Shown one piece after another: positions 9,613 to 18,965 of a stretch of 61,374 nt of DNA. The first letter of the stretch is position 1; every line of letters starts with the position of its first letter. This stretch comes from a virus: IMG/VR virus record IMGVR_UViG_3300029996_000082; one strand, written 5' to 3'. The notes under the pieces were generated by a model. It worked only from the letters and a program-made list of their open reading frames with translations. It was not told the DNA's origin and ran no database searches. A program made the translations under genes and the position numbers.

Positions 9613-9666
9613 AAACTGAAACGATTTGATAGCTCACACCTATTAAGTTGTTTCAGTTTTTTATTT
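9613..9666 (+). terminator. terminator-like hairpin in the leader (possible attenuator)
   Basis: AAACTGAAAC/GTTTCAGTTT 10-bp stem, 27-nt loop, T-tract; lies between promoter 9483 and the start codon at 9684. Confidence 0.5.
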
Positions 9667-9683
9667 ATAAAGGAGATTATATT

Positions 9684-10538
9684 ATGAGCATTTTAAAATT
9701 AATAGCAAGCGAAAACTATATTACAGTAAATAAGACTTTAATTAAAGAATTAGGGTTAGAGGAAGCTGTATTATTTGGAGCATTGTGTAGTGAATATGAA
9801 TTATGGAAATCACAGCATAAATTAAAAGATAATAAATTTTATTGCACCGTTGAGAGAATTGAAGAAATAACTACTTTATCTGTATATAAACAGAGAAATG
9901 CAATAGCTAATTTAAAAGAAAAAGGTTTGTTGTCAACAACAAAAGAGGGAATCCCTGCAAAAAGATACTTTAAAATTCACGAACAAGCAGTAAATAATTT
10001 GTTTACTTCAAGTGATGTAAAAATTACACCACAGTTAGATACAAAAATTACACCACAAGCAGATGTAAAATTCGCTACAAGTAATAATATAACAAGTAAA
10101 AATAATAATAGTAATAAATATTTTAATAATAATAAATTATTATTAAAAGAACACAGTTCTGAAAATTTTGAATTAAAATCTTCTTCTACTCAAAAATCTA
10201 AACAAAGTAGATATAGTAAGATTATTAGCTTAATCAATGATTTTACAGATAATACAGAATTAAGAGGTGTATTAGTTAAATATTTTAATTTGCTAATTGA
10301 GATGAAAGTTAATCTCTATACAAATCAATTTAAAGGGTTACTTAATAAACTGAAATCTTTAGCTAATGATGAATCTACAATGCAGAAGATTGTAGAAAAT
10401 TCCATAGAGCATGGGTGGAAAAGTTTTTATGCACTAAATAATGGGTATAGTCAAAATAATAACGGATTTGTTGATAATATGAAACCTGTGCAATTTAAAC
10501 ACGATAAACCTATGGACTTATCAGATGAAACTTTTTAA
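9684..10538 (+). CDS. replication initiator / replisome organiser (DnaD-like)
   Basis: AAAGGAG SD before ATG 9684 (track start 9648 lies in the leader); winged-helix-like N-terminus, DnaD-like C-terminus; sits upstream of the loader and DnaB. Confidence 0.55.
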   Translation: MSILKLIASENYITVNKTLIKELGLEEAVLFGALCSEYELWKSQHKLKDNKFYCTVERIEEITTLSVYKQRNAIANLKEKGLLSTTKEGIPAKRYFKIHEQAVNNLFTSSDVKITPQLDTKITPQADVKFATSNNITSKNNNSNKYFNNNKLLLKEHSSENFELKSSSTQKSKQSRYSKIISLINDFTDNTELRGVLVKYFNLLIEMKVNLYTNQFKGLLNKLKSLANDESTMQKIVENSIEHGWKSFYALNNGYSQNNNGFVDNMKPVQFKHDKPMDLSDETF

Positions 10539-10557
10539 ATTTTAAGGAGAATTTATT

Positions 10558-10782
10558 ATGATTTGGAATTATATAATTTACATCATACTCACATCATTCA
10601 TTGTAGTTATGTCATATTATTTTATGGTGGATTTTAAAAATAGTATGCCGAGTAAGTATCAGCAGAGTTGGAACGGCATTAAAAGTCATTTTAAATATAT
10701 TTGCAGTCACGAAGATTTATTTAGAATGTACCGTGCCTATATTAACACTCTACCAAAGAGCTGTGTTAAGCCTAAATTTTAA
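10558..10782 (+). CDS. small membrane protein
   Basis: AAGGAG SD; N-terminal TM helix. Confidence 0.45.
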   Translation: MIWNYIIYIILTSFIVVMSYYFMVDFKNSMPSKYQQSWNGIKSHFKYICSHEDLFRMYRAYINTLPKSCVKPKF

Positions 10783-10795
10783 AGAGGTGGAAATT

Positions 10796-11464
10796 ATGGA
10801 TTGTTGGTACAAAGATGTGTGTACTGAAAAATGTACAGATGCTTGTATCCGATATAAGGAAATGTTAATGTTGTTAGAGCAGAGTAATATTCCTGAGGTT
10901 AAATGGAAACCTGTTTTATTGAAGCCTGAAAGTGTTGATTATGATAGCTTTTGTGATTTAGCTGATTATAAGGATAACATTAAAAGTCATATTGAGAGCG
11001 GTCATAACTTAGCTATACTTTCAGAAAACACGGGAAATGGCAAGACAACTTGGGCTATTAAATTGATGTTGCGTTATTTTAACGAGATTTGGGCAGGAAA
11101 CGGTTTTCGTTGTAGGGGTATATTTATTAATGTTCCAACTTTTCTTGCGACAGTGAAGCTCCAAATTGAAAAGAAGAGCATATCTGTATCTACTATGTTG
11201 GATAACCTGTCAAAAGTTGATTTAGTAATATGGGATGATATTGCAAGTACAAAATTAACAGCTTATGAGCATAGTCAATTACTTAATTACATTGACCAAA
11301 GGATTTTAACTGAAAAATCTAATATTTTTACAGGCAATATAGTATCTGAAAGTGCATTACAAAACGCTTTGGGTGCAAGATTAGCAAGCAGGGTGTTATC
11401 CTCTCAAATAATTGAATTGAAAGGCAGGGATAGAAGATATGGTACAGTTGCAAATAATCTCTAA
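10796..11464 (+). CDS. DnaC/IstB-like helicase-loader ATPase
   Basis: AGAGGTGG SD before ATG 10796; Walker A TGNGKTT; Walker B DLVIWDD. Confidence 0.75.
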   Translation: MDCWYKDVCTEKCTDACIRYKEMLMLLEQSNIPEVKWKPVLLKPESVDYDSFCDLADYKDNIKSHIESGHNLAILSENTGNGKTTWAIKLMLRYFNEIWAGNGFRCRGIFINVPTFLATVKLQIEKKSISVSTMLDNLSKVDLVIWDDIASTKLTAYEHSQLLNYIDQRILTEKSNIFTGNIVSESALQNALGARLASRVLSSQIIELKGRDRRYGTVANNL

Positions 11465-12734
11465 AGTTCTTTTGTCAGGTAATAATTCGATTATTGAAGA
11501 TAATTTATTAACAGTTGATTATTTTGTTAGCTATAAAGATGAATTTGAATTTATACAAAATCATATTAAGGAATATGGTAATGTACCCGATAAGGCTACA
11601 TTTTTAGCTCAGTTTCCCGAATTTGAAATTGTAGATGTTACAGAAAGTGACAGATACTTAATTAATACAATTAGGGAAGAATACCTGTATTATCAGTCTG
11701 TGCCTGTCGTACAACAGATAGCTGAATTGCTTAAAACTGATGCTAATGCCGCCGCAGAATATATGATTTCGCAAATGGAAAAATTACAACCTAATTACTC
11801 TTTAAACGGTGTAAATATTATATCTGATGCACAAGATAGATTTAAGCAGTTTCAAGAGCGAAAAGAACATCAAGAAGATTGGTTTTTTACTTGTGGTTTT
11901 CCTGAGCTTGACGAAATTATACACGGCATACAAAGGGAAGAAGAATTATTCGTTATTTTCGCACGAACTAATCAAGGTAAATCGTGGATAATGGAAAAGA
12001 TGTGTACTCATATATGGCAGTTAGGTTTTAATGTAGGATATATTTCTCCTGAAATGTCAGCTAATAGTATCGGCTATAGATTTGATACACTATATAAAAA
12101 TTTTTCAAACAAAGGTTTGATGTGGGGCAATAGTGAAGTTGATGAAGATAACTATAAAGATTATGTAACTGATTTGACTTCAAAACAAAATAAGTTTATT
12201 GTTGCTACTCCTTTGGATTTCGATAAGAAAATTACAGTATCAAAATTAAAACAGTTTATCAAACAGCATAAACTTGATTTAATAGCTATTGACGGCATTA
12301 CATATATGACAGATGAACGATATAAACGAGGAGATAATAAAACAACCTCTTTAACAAATATCAGCGAGGATTTAATGTCTTTGTCAATGGAGTTAAAAGT
12401 GCCTGTATTAGTTGTTGTACAAGCGAATAGGTCAGGTGTACAAGAGGGAGAAGATTCGGGTACTCCTGAGCTTGAAAGTATTAGAGATAGTGACGGTATC
12501 GCTCATAATGCAAGTAAAGTCATATCTATAAGACAGACAAAGGCAGGACTTGAAATCGGCATTAAAAAGCAGAGATTTGGGGCAGTAGGCGGTAAATTAT
12601 TATATGATTGGAGTATTGATTTAGGTGATTTTACATTTATTCCGTCATTTGATGATGCCGAGCCTAAAGAGGTTACAGAGCGTAAAGTTGAAAGAGTGCG
12701 TAATCGCTATAAAGATAAAAAGGATGTGTTCTAA
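11439..12734 (+). CDS. dnaB: DnaB-type replicative helicase
   Basis: ARTNQGKS Walker A, LIAIDGITYM Walker B, RecA-like C-terminal domain, 431 aa. Confidence 0.85.
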   Translation: MVQLQIISKVLLSGNNSIIEDNLLTVDYFVSYKDEFEFIQNHIKEYGNVPDKATFLAQFPEFEIVDVTESDRYLINTIREEYLYYQSVPVVQQIAELLKTDANAAAEYMISQMEKLQPNYSLNGVNIISDAQDRFKQFQERKEHQEDWFFTCGFPELDEIIHGIQREEELFVIFARTNQGKSWIMEKMCTHIWQLGFNVGYISPEMSANSIGYRFDTLYKNFSNKGLMWGNSEVDEDNYKDYVTDLTSKQNKFIVATPLDFDKKITVSKLKQFIKQHKLDLIAIDGITYMTDERYKRGDNKTTSLTNISEDLMSLSMELKVPVLVVVQANRSGVQEGEDSGTPELESIRDSDGIAHNASKVISIRQTKAGLEIGIKKQRFGAVGGKLLYDWSIDLGDFTFIPSFDDAEPKEVTERKVERVRNRYKDKKDVF

Positions 12735-12736
12735 TA

Positions 12737-13690
12737 ATGGTAATAAATGGTATTCCCTTTACAGTAGAACTGTATGAGATATTACAAGAATTGCAAATGC
12801 AGTTACATTTAAGCGGTATAAACTTACTGGGTAAAATAAAAGATACAGATGACAATATTATGATATCCTGTCCTTACCACAAGAATGGTCAAGAAAGAAA
12901 GCCGTCAGCAGGTATTAGGAAATCTGACGGTCAGTTTCATTGTTTTACTTGCGGTGAAGTGCATACTTTACCAGAAATGATTTCATTTTGCTTTGGTCAT
13001 CCTGATGATATGGTGGGTGCAAAAGGTTGGCAGTGGCTTACACGAAATTTTTTAACAGTAGAGTTAGAAGAAAGAAAACCTATTAAATTAGATTTTGACA
13101 GGCACAAATCTATATTAGCTCCGCTAAATTATGTGTCGGAAGAAGAATTGGAATCTTATAGATATTATCATCCATATATGTTTAAACGAAAAATGACAGA
13201 AAAAATTATAGATATATTTGATATTGGCTATGATAAGAAATCAAAATGTATAACTTTTCCTGTCCGAGATATTGAGGGCAACACTTTATTTATAGCCCGT
13301 AGGTCGGTAAAATATAAATACTTTAATTATCTTAAGAGCGTTGAAAAGCCTTTGTATGGCTTGTATGAGTTGTATCAGCTTGAACAATTTCCAACTGAGG
13401 TAATTGTATGTGAAAGTATGATTGATGCTATTACCTGTTGGGTTTATGGTAAATATGCAGTCGCACTAAATGGATTAGGTAATAATTTACAGTTCAATCA
13501 ATTAAATAAATTACCTTGCCGTAAATTGGTATTAGCTACAGATAATGATAATGCAGGACTGAGAGCAAGAAAACGCATAAAATACTATGTAAAAAACAAG
13601 ATAATTACAGAATATGTATTTCCTAATAACAGAAAAGATATAAATGATTTGTCACAAGAAGAATTTAAAAATTTAATTGAAAAATTTTAA
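12737..13690 (+). CDS. dnaG: DNA primase (CHC2 zinc finger plus Toprim)
   Basis: CPYHKNG...FHCFTCGEVH zinc finger; VCESMIDAI and ATDNDNAG Toprim motifs. Confidence 0.85.
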   Translation: MVINGIPFTVELYEILQELQMQLHLSGINLLGKIKDTDDNIMISCPYHKNGQERKPSAGIRKSDGQFHCFTCGEVHTLPEMISFCFGHPDDMVGAKGWQWLTRNFLTVELEERKPIKLDFDRHKSILAPLNYVSEEELESYRYYHPYMFKRKMTEKIIDIFDIGYDKKSKCITFPVRDIEGNTLFIARRSVKYKYFNYLKSVEKPLYGLYELYQLEQFPTEVIVCESMIDAITCWVYGKYAVALNGLGNNLQFNQLNKLPCRKLVLATDNDNAGLRARKRIKYYVKNKIITEYVFPNNRKDINDLSQEEFKNLIEKF

Positions 13691-13698
13691 AAAAAGTG

Positions 13699-13726
13699 TT
13701 GACAATCTTAGATAATGTGTTATAAT
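13699..13726 (+). promoter_or_regulatory. sigma-A promoter
   Basis: AAAAAGTGTTGACA-16-TATAAT with TGT extended -10. Confidence 0.75.
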
Positions 13727-13807
13727 ATATTTGTAATCAAAAAGAGGTTACAAAATACATAAAAAGAAAAGACAAAAAAAGAAAGAAATGAAAAGGAGAA
13801 AAAAATT

Positions 13808-14392
13808 ATGAAAACACTTGAAATCACTTGGAAAGGCACTACACCACTCATTATGCACTCTTGCCAGTGCGTAAATCCACTTCACCCTATCTCACTTGCA
13901 CTTAAACCGTTGACAAGCAAGCGTAATAAGACTGATGAAGATTATAAAGCTATCTCAGACCTTGAATGGGAAGGCGGTCTTTATTGGGATAACAGTAAGG
14001 AAATGGGTCTTGTAATTCCTGCTGAAAATATTGAAGCTACTATTAAAAATGGTGCTAAACTTCGTAAACAGGGTAAAAATATTGAGAGATATTTTAATGT
14101 AGTTGATATGCAGGCTACACTTGATATTGGTGAGAAGTACACTAAAGACAGTCTGAGAGAGGATATGAGATTCCGTGATGTCAGACCTATGAATGTAATG
14201 CGTGCAAAGGTTCTTAGAACAAGACCAAGATTTAATATGTGGAAACTCACATTTACCGCAATGTATGATGAATCACAGCTTGATTTGCCTACAATTTCAC
14301 AGGCAATTGAAAGTGCAGGAGCTTATGTAGGACTTTGTGATAGCAGACCTAAATATGGTAAATTTACAGCAATTATTAAGGAGCTTGATTAA
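13808..14392 (+). CDS. hypothetical protein (conserved-looking, function unknown)
   Basis: AAAGGAGA SD; 194-aa ORF behind a consensus promoter; its stop lies in the loop of an 8-bp hairpin. Confidence 0.55.
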   Translation: MKTLEITWKGTTPLIMHSCQCVNPLHPISLALKPLTSKRNKTDEDYKAISDLEWEGGLYWDNSKEMGLVIPAENIEATIKNGAKLRKQGKNIERYFNVVDMQATLDIGEKYTKDSLREDMRFRDVRPMNVMRAKVLRTRPRFNMWKLTFTAMYDESQLDLPTISQAIESAGAYVGLCDSRPKYGKFTAIIKELD

Positions 14393-14415
14393 TTTCAAGC
14401 TCCATAGCTGATATA

Positions 14416-14750
14416 GGCATTATGAGTTTGGTTATGTTTGGTTGGGTTAAGTTTTGTTCAGTTAGGTTAGGCATTATGTGTTGCGTTCAGTTGAGTTTAG
14501 GTAAGTTGCGATGAGTTGTGTTGAGTTAAGCATTATGAGTTCTGTTAGGTTGGGTTATGTTTTGTTGGGTTTTGCTTCGTTAGGTTAGGCATTATAAGTT
14601 TTGTTATGTCGAGTTGAGTTAAGTTAAGTTAGGGTATGCATTATGAGTTAGGTTGTGTCGGGATTTGTTCCGTTTGGTTGGGTTTTGTTAGGCATTATAA
14701 GTTAAGTTAGGCTAGGTTGTGTTGGGATTGGTTGAGTTAATTAGATTTAT
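14416..14750 (+). repeat. six-unit G+T-rich tandem array (candidate replication-origin iterons)
   Basis: core GCATTAT(G/A)(A/T)GTT occurs within the 13-nt matches starting at 14416, 14470, 14529, 14588, 14637 and 14691 (spacing 49-59 nt), separated by GTT/GGTT/GAGTT-rich filler nearly devoid of C. Confidence 0.85.
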
Positions 14751-14752
14751 AT

Positions 14753-14772
14753 ATCAAGTAAAAAAACTTGAT
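14753..14772. repeat. AT-rich inverted repeat next to the array
   Basis: ATCAAGT-aaaaaa-ACTTGAT within an A/T-rich stretch. Confidence 0.6.
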
Positions 14773-14817
14773 TTAATAAATAAAAAAAATATTTTTAAGA
14801 AAGGTGGAAACACACAA

Positions 14818-15297
14818 ATGGCAGTTGAGATGGCAAAAAAAGTATGGGAAGTAGAAGATTTGGTGGATTTTATGAGTACATATGAATATGGTACAGTATT
14901 TGAACATAATACTATATCAAATATGCTTGATGTACCTAAGAACTCTACAAAATACAGAACTTCTACAACTAAATTGAAAAAACTTATGCTTGAAAAAGGT
15001 AAAATGCTTGAAAGTTTAAGAGGAATAGGTTATAAAATAGTAAACCCTTCCGATTATGCGGGAAAAGCAATCAATCAGTATAAGTTAGGTTTTAACCGAT
15101 TGACTAAAGGTGAAAAGATTCTAAATTATACTCCTGTCAATGACCTATCTGAGGAAGATAGAAAAGTTTATAATGCGGTAACTGATAGAGCAGTTAGACT
15201 TAATGCTTCATTGGCAGGCGGTATTGTAGAATTGAATAGACTTAATAAGTCAAAATCCCATCCATTTTTGGGTGCGGTAAATAATAATAAATTTTAA
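14818..15297 (+). CDS. hypothetical protein, candidate DNA-binding protein next to the repeat array
   Basis: AAAGGTGG SD before ATG 14818; the track start 14719 lies inside the non-coding repeat/AT-rich region. Confidence 0.5.
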   Translation: MAVEMAKKVWEVEDLVDFMSTYEYGTVFEHNTISNMLDVPKNSTKYRTSTTKLKKLMLEKGKMLESLRGIGYKIVNPSDYAGKAINQYKLGFNRLTKGEKILNYTPVNDLSEEDRKVYNAVTDRAVRLNASLAGGIVELNRLNKSKSHPFLGAVNNNKF

Positions 15298-15323
15298 ATA
15301 CAGAAAAGGAGAAAACAAAAACA

Positions 15324-16037
15324 ATGGCAAGATTTAAAGTAACAGATTCAGACAAGTATGGAAACAACTCAGCTAATTATTTTTCACTTAAAAACGATAA
15401 AGATGTAGCAAGAGTAAGATTTATGTATCGTAAGGTTGAAGATGTAGAAGGTGTAGCTGTACATAAGGTTAATATTGACGGCAGAGATAGATATGTCAAT
15501 TGTCTGCGTTCATATGATGAACCTCTTAGCAAGTGTCCTCTCTGTGAAAGCGGTAGTTTTCAGCTTGCACGCTTCTTTATTCCTATGTATGATACGGACG
15601 AGAAAACTGTAAAGATTTGGGAACGCACAAAAAAGTTTGGTGCAAGGGTTTCAAGTCTTTGTGCGAGATACCCCGATTTGGTATCTCATATCTTTGAAGT
15701 TGAAAGAAACGGCAAAGCTGGGGATAAAAATACCCAGTATGAAATCTATGAAGTAAGTCAGGATGATACTAAACTTGAAGATTTGCCTGAAATCCCGAAT
15801 GTTATAGGTACAATGGTAATTGATGCCTCGGCAGATGATATGAATTATTATCTTGACACAGGAGAATTTCCTCCTATGGGCGGTTCGTCTTCTGATGATG
15901 AAGTATCAACTCCTCCGAGGTCAAGAGCATATGACAATGAGCCTCGTAATTCAAGAGGTAGAGAAGAACGCAGAGATACAAGAGAAAGTGAACCTGAGCG
16001 TAGAACACCTTCCCGTGGCAGAAGGGATAGATTTTAA
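15324..16037 (+). CDS. gp32-like zinc-containing single-stranded DNA-binding protein
   Basis: H-x12-C-x10-C-x2-C (HKVNIDGRDRYVNCLRSYDEPLSKCPLC), close to the T4 gp32 zinc site; disordered charged C-terminal tail. Confidence 0.7.
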   Translation: MARFKVTDSDKYGNNSANYFSLKNDKDVARVRFMYRKVEDVEGVAVHKVNIDGRDRYVNCLRSYDEPLSKCPLCESGSFQLARFFIPMYDTDEKTVKIWERTKKFGARVSSLCARYPDLVSHIFEVERNGKAGDKNTQYEIYEVSQDDTKLEDLPEIPNVIGTMVIDASADDMNYYLDTGEFPPMGGSSSDDEVSTPPRSRAYDNEPRNSRGREERRDTRESEPERRTPSRGRRDRF

Positions 16038-17584
16038 TGGGCTTATTTGATATACCAAAAAGACCCGATAAATCAAATGACCTACAAGTTGCTAAAAAAT
16101 CTAACCGTAAAGCTAATAAATCAAGCTCTACGGTTAGAGTGGGCAACAGCACATTACAAGTTATCTCAAATATCAAGGCAATGGTTGAAAAGAACTTAGG
16201 TTATCTTAGAGATAAATATATAGTTATATCTGATATAGATACTTTACATAATTATATATCTGCTTGTATAGATAACAATGTAATAAGTATAGATACTGAA
16301 ACTACAGGACTTGACCCTATGTTAGATAAAATTGTAGGTATTTGTATTTACACACCTAATCAAAAGCCTGCATATGTACCTGTAAATCATATTTCTTATG
16401 TGACAGGCGCAAGATGTTCAAATCAGTTGACAGAAAAAGAATGTAAAGCTGAATTTGATAGAATTGCAGAAACTAAGATTGATGTTATTATGTTTAATGC
16501 CAAATTTGATATTCGGGTTATGCGTAATCAGATAGGTGTTTATATGACTTGTACTTGGGATTGTTTGTTAGCGGCAAGACTTTTAAATGAAAATGAACCT
16601 ACTAACCGACTTAAAGAATTACATAAAAAATATGTAATGGACGGTAAAGGTGATGCGTTTTCATTTGATGCTTTATTCAAAGGTATTACTTTTGATAAAG
16701 TGCCTATTGATGTAGGGTATTTGTATGCCGCTCACGATGCCGAAATCACATACGAATTATATGATTTTCAAAAGCCGTATTTAACTGCTGATAATGAAAT
16801 TTGTATAAATTCAAGCTTACAGGATGTTGCTTGGGTATTTAAGAATATTGAAATGCCTTGCATTGAATCTTGTTGTGATATGGAAGATAACGGTATTGAA
16901 TTTGATTTTGAAGTTCAGAAGAAATTATCTGAAAAATATAATAAGCTACTAACAGAAAAGCAAGCACTTTGTTATACTTTACTTGAAAATTATCAAGATG
17001 ATATTGATAAATATATAGTTAAACATCCTAATTGTAAATTATCGAATCCTATCAATTTATCAAGTCCTGTTCAGTTAGCTGTATTGATATATGATGTTAT
17101 GCATATTGAGCCTGTTGATAAGAAATCTCCAAGAGGTACAGGAGAAGATATTCTAAAAAAGATAGGTACAAAGTTTTGTTTAGCTCTTGTAGAGTATAAA
17201 AAAGTTAGTAAATTAGTATCTGCATTTGTTGATAGTCTTAGTGATTATGTTAATCCTAATGACGGAAGAATACATTGTAATCTAAATCAGTATGGAGCTG
17301 ACACAGGTAGAATGTCTTGCAGTAATCCTAATTTACAGCAGATACCGTCACATACAAAAGATATTAGGCATATGTTTAAGGCTACTGATGATGAGTGCAT
17401 AGTATATACAGATACAGATATGTTTATTGTTGATAAATGGCAGGAAGTATATACGAATAAAGGTTGGATATATGCGTATAAATTACAATGTGATGATGTG
17501 TTACTGGGCGAAAATAATTTAAGTAGTATTGTTACTAAAATTGTGATTAACGGGCAAAAAGTAAAAATTTATATAAGGAGTTAA
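16037..17584 (+). CDS. polA: DNA polymerase I (family A), N-terminal fragment: 3'-5' exonuclease plus pre-motif-A part, with a 62-aa non-homologous tail
   Basis: ISIDTETTGLDP, MFNAKFDIRVM, YAAHDAEITYELY exonuclease motifs; NPNLQQIPSHTKDIRHMF; TAATG junction with the SSB gene. Confidence 0.9.
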   Translation: MGLFDIPKRPDKSNDLQVAKKSNRKANKSSSTVRVGNSTLQVISNIKAMVEKNLGYLRDKYIVISDIDTLHNYISACIDNNVISIDTETTGLDPMLDKIVGICIYTPNQKPAYVPVNHISYVTGARCSNQLTEKECKAEFDRIAETKIDVIMFNAKFDIRVMRNQIGVYMTCTWDCLLAARLLNENEPTNRLKELHKKYVMDGKGDAFSFDALFKGITFDKVPIDVGYLYAAHDAEITYELYDFQKPYLTADNEICINSSLQDVAWVFKNIEMPCIESCCDMEDNGIEFDFEVQKKLSEKYNKLLTEKQALCYTLLENYQDDIDKYIVKHPNCKLSNPINLSSPVQLAVLIYDVMHIEPVDKKSPRGTGEDILKKIGTKFCLALVEYKKVSKLVSAFVDSLSDYVNPNDGRIHCNLNQYGADTGRMSCSNPNLQQIPSHTKDIRHMFKATDDECIVYTDTDMFIVDKWQEVYTNKGWIYAYKLQCDDVLLGENNLSSIVTKIVINGQKVKIYIRS

Positions 17585-17586
17585 TT

Positions 17587-18963
17587 TTGAATTACGAAGA
17601 TTTTTTAAAATCCAAGCAGTACACATATAACAGTACAGGATTTGAAGTGTCTGAGAATGAATTAAATTCTAATATGTTTGACTTTCAAAAAGCAATTGTC
17701 AAATGGGCTTTAAAAAAAGGTAAAAGTGCATTATTCCTTGATACGGGATTAGGTAAGACTATTTGTCAATTGGAATTTGCTAATCAAGTATGCAAGCATA
17801 CTAACGGAAATGCTTTAATTTTAGCTCCATTAGCAGTAAGTAAACAAACATATCAAGAGGGACTCAAATTTGGCATAAATGTAAATATTTGCCGTTCTCA
17901 GGCTGATGTTACATCAGGTATTAACATTACTAATTATGAGATGTTAAATCATTTTAATTCTAAAGATTTTAATTGTATTATTCTTGATGAAAGTAGTATT
18001 TTAAAATCTTTTCAAGGCAAATTTTGTCAGCAAATAATTGATTTGTTTAGATTTACCGAGTATAAATTAGCTTGTACTGCAACACCTTCACCTAACGATT
18101 ATCAGGAATTAGGTACACATTCTGAGTTTTTAGGTGTAATGACAAGGACAGAGATGTTAGCAACATTTTTTATAAATGATGCTAAAGAAAATCATTGGCG
18201 TATGAAAAAACACGCTGAATCCAAATTTTGGGAATGGTTAGCCACTTGGGCTATGGTAGTTAAAAATCCAAAGGATATAGGATTTAATCATAGTGGTTAT
18301 GATTTACCTAAATTAAATATCAATCATATTATTGTAGATAGTCCCGTACAGAAAGGCTCTTTATTGCCTAAGGTAGCTGAAACTTTATCTGACAGAAGAT
18401 TGGCACGAAAATCAAGTATTAACAATAAATTATCTAAAGTTTCTGAAATTCTGAGTATGGTTGATAATTGTCTAATTTGGGTTGATTATAATGATGAAAG
18501 TGATTTAATATCCAAAAAATTTAATATTGTTGAAGTAAAAGGTTCAGATACAAATGAGCATAAAGAAAATGCAATGTTGGATTTTGCTAATGGCGATATT
18601 AAATATTTAGTGAGTAAGCCCTCAATTTGCGGTTTTGGAATGAATTTTCAAAAATGTTGTAATATGATATTTTTTGGATTATCAGATAGTTATGAGAAAT
18701 TTTATCAAGCAATACGCAGATGTTATCGTTTCGGACAGACTAAAGAGGTAAATGTGTATGTTATCATTAGTCGCAGTGAATTAAGTGTTTTAAATAACAT
18801 TAAACGAAAGCAGGAAAATCATCTGCGTATGCAAAGTAATATGATTGATAAAACTTCTGAAATTCTCAAAAATGAGATATGTTCAACAATGCGTATTACA
18901 GAAGATTATATTGCTTTGGAAAATGTTAAAATTCCTGATTGGTTAATTACAGAGAGGTGTTAA
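17587..18963 (+). CDS. SF2 (SNF2/ResIII-like) helicase-domain protein
   Basis: TTG start 2 nt after the polA-N stop; DTGLGKT, ILDESS, CTATPSPND, QAIRRCYRFGQ motifs. Confidence 0.85.
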   Translation: MNYEDFLKSKQYTYNSTGFEVSENELNSNMFDFQKAIVKWALKKGKSALFLDTGLGKTICQLEFANQVCKHTNGNALILAPLAVSKQTYQEGLKFGINVNICRSQADVTSGINITNYEMLNHFNSKDFNCIILDESSILKSFQGKFCQQIIDLFRFTEYKLACTATPSPNDYQELGTHSEFLGVMTRTEMLATFFINDAKENHWRMKKHAESKFWEWLATWAMVVKNPKDIGFNHSGYDLPKLNINHIIVDSPVQKGSLLPKVAETLSDRRLARKSSINNKLSKVSEILSMVDNCLIWVDYNDESDLISKKFNIVEVKGSDTNEHKENAMLDFANGDIKYLVSKPSICGFGMNFQKCCNMIFFGLSDSYEKFYQAIRRCYRFGQTKEVNVYVIISRSELSVLNNIKRKQENHLRMQSNMIDKTSEILKNEICSTMRITEDYIALENVKIPDWLITERC

Positions 18964-18965
18964 TT

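Noticed and set aside
14422-14651. Mini-ORFs starting at the ATG of the GCATTATGAGTT repeat units
   Set aside because: Their lengths and frames are not conserved between units (about 30 aa, 17 aa, 2 aa, and two units have ATA instead of ATG), so the array is non-coding.
14416-14750. The repeat array as a CRISPR locus
   Set aside because: The repeat core is only about 12 nt. The spacers share the same G+T-only composition and sub-repeats instead of being unique sequences. No cas genes or leader are present.
14719-14817. N-terminal extension of ORF 14719..15297 given in the track
   Set aside because: The first 33 codons run through the AT-rich inverted-repeat region with no SD. ATG 14818 has an AAAGGTGG SD at proper spacing.
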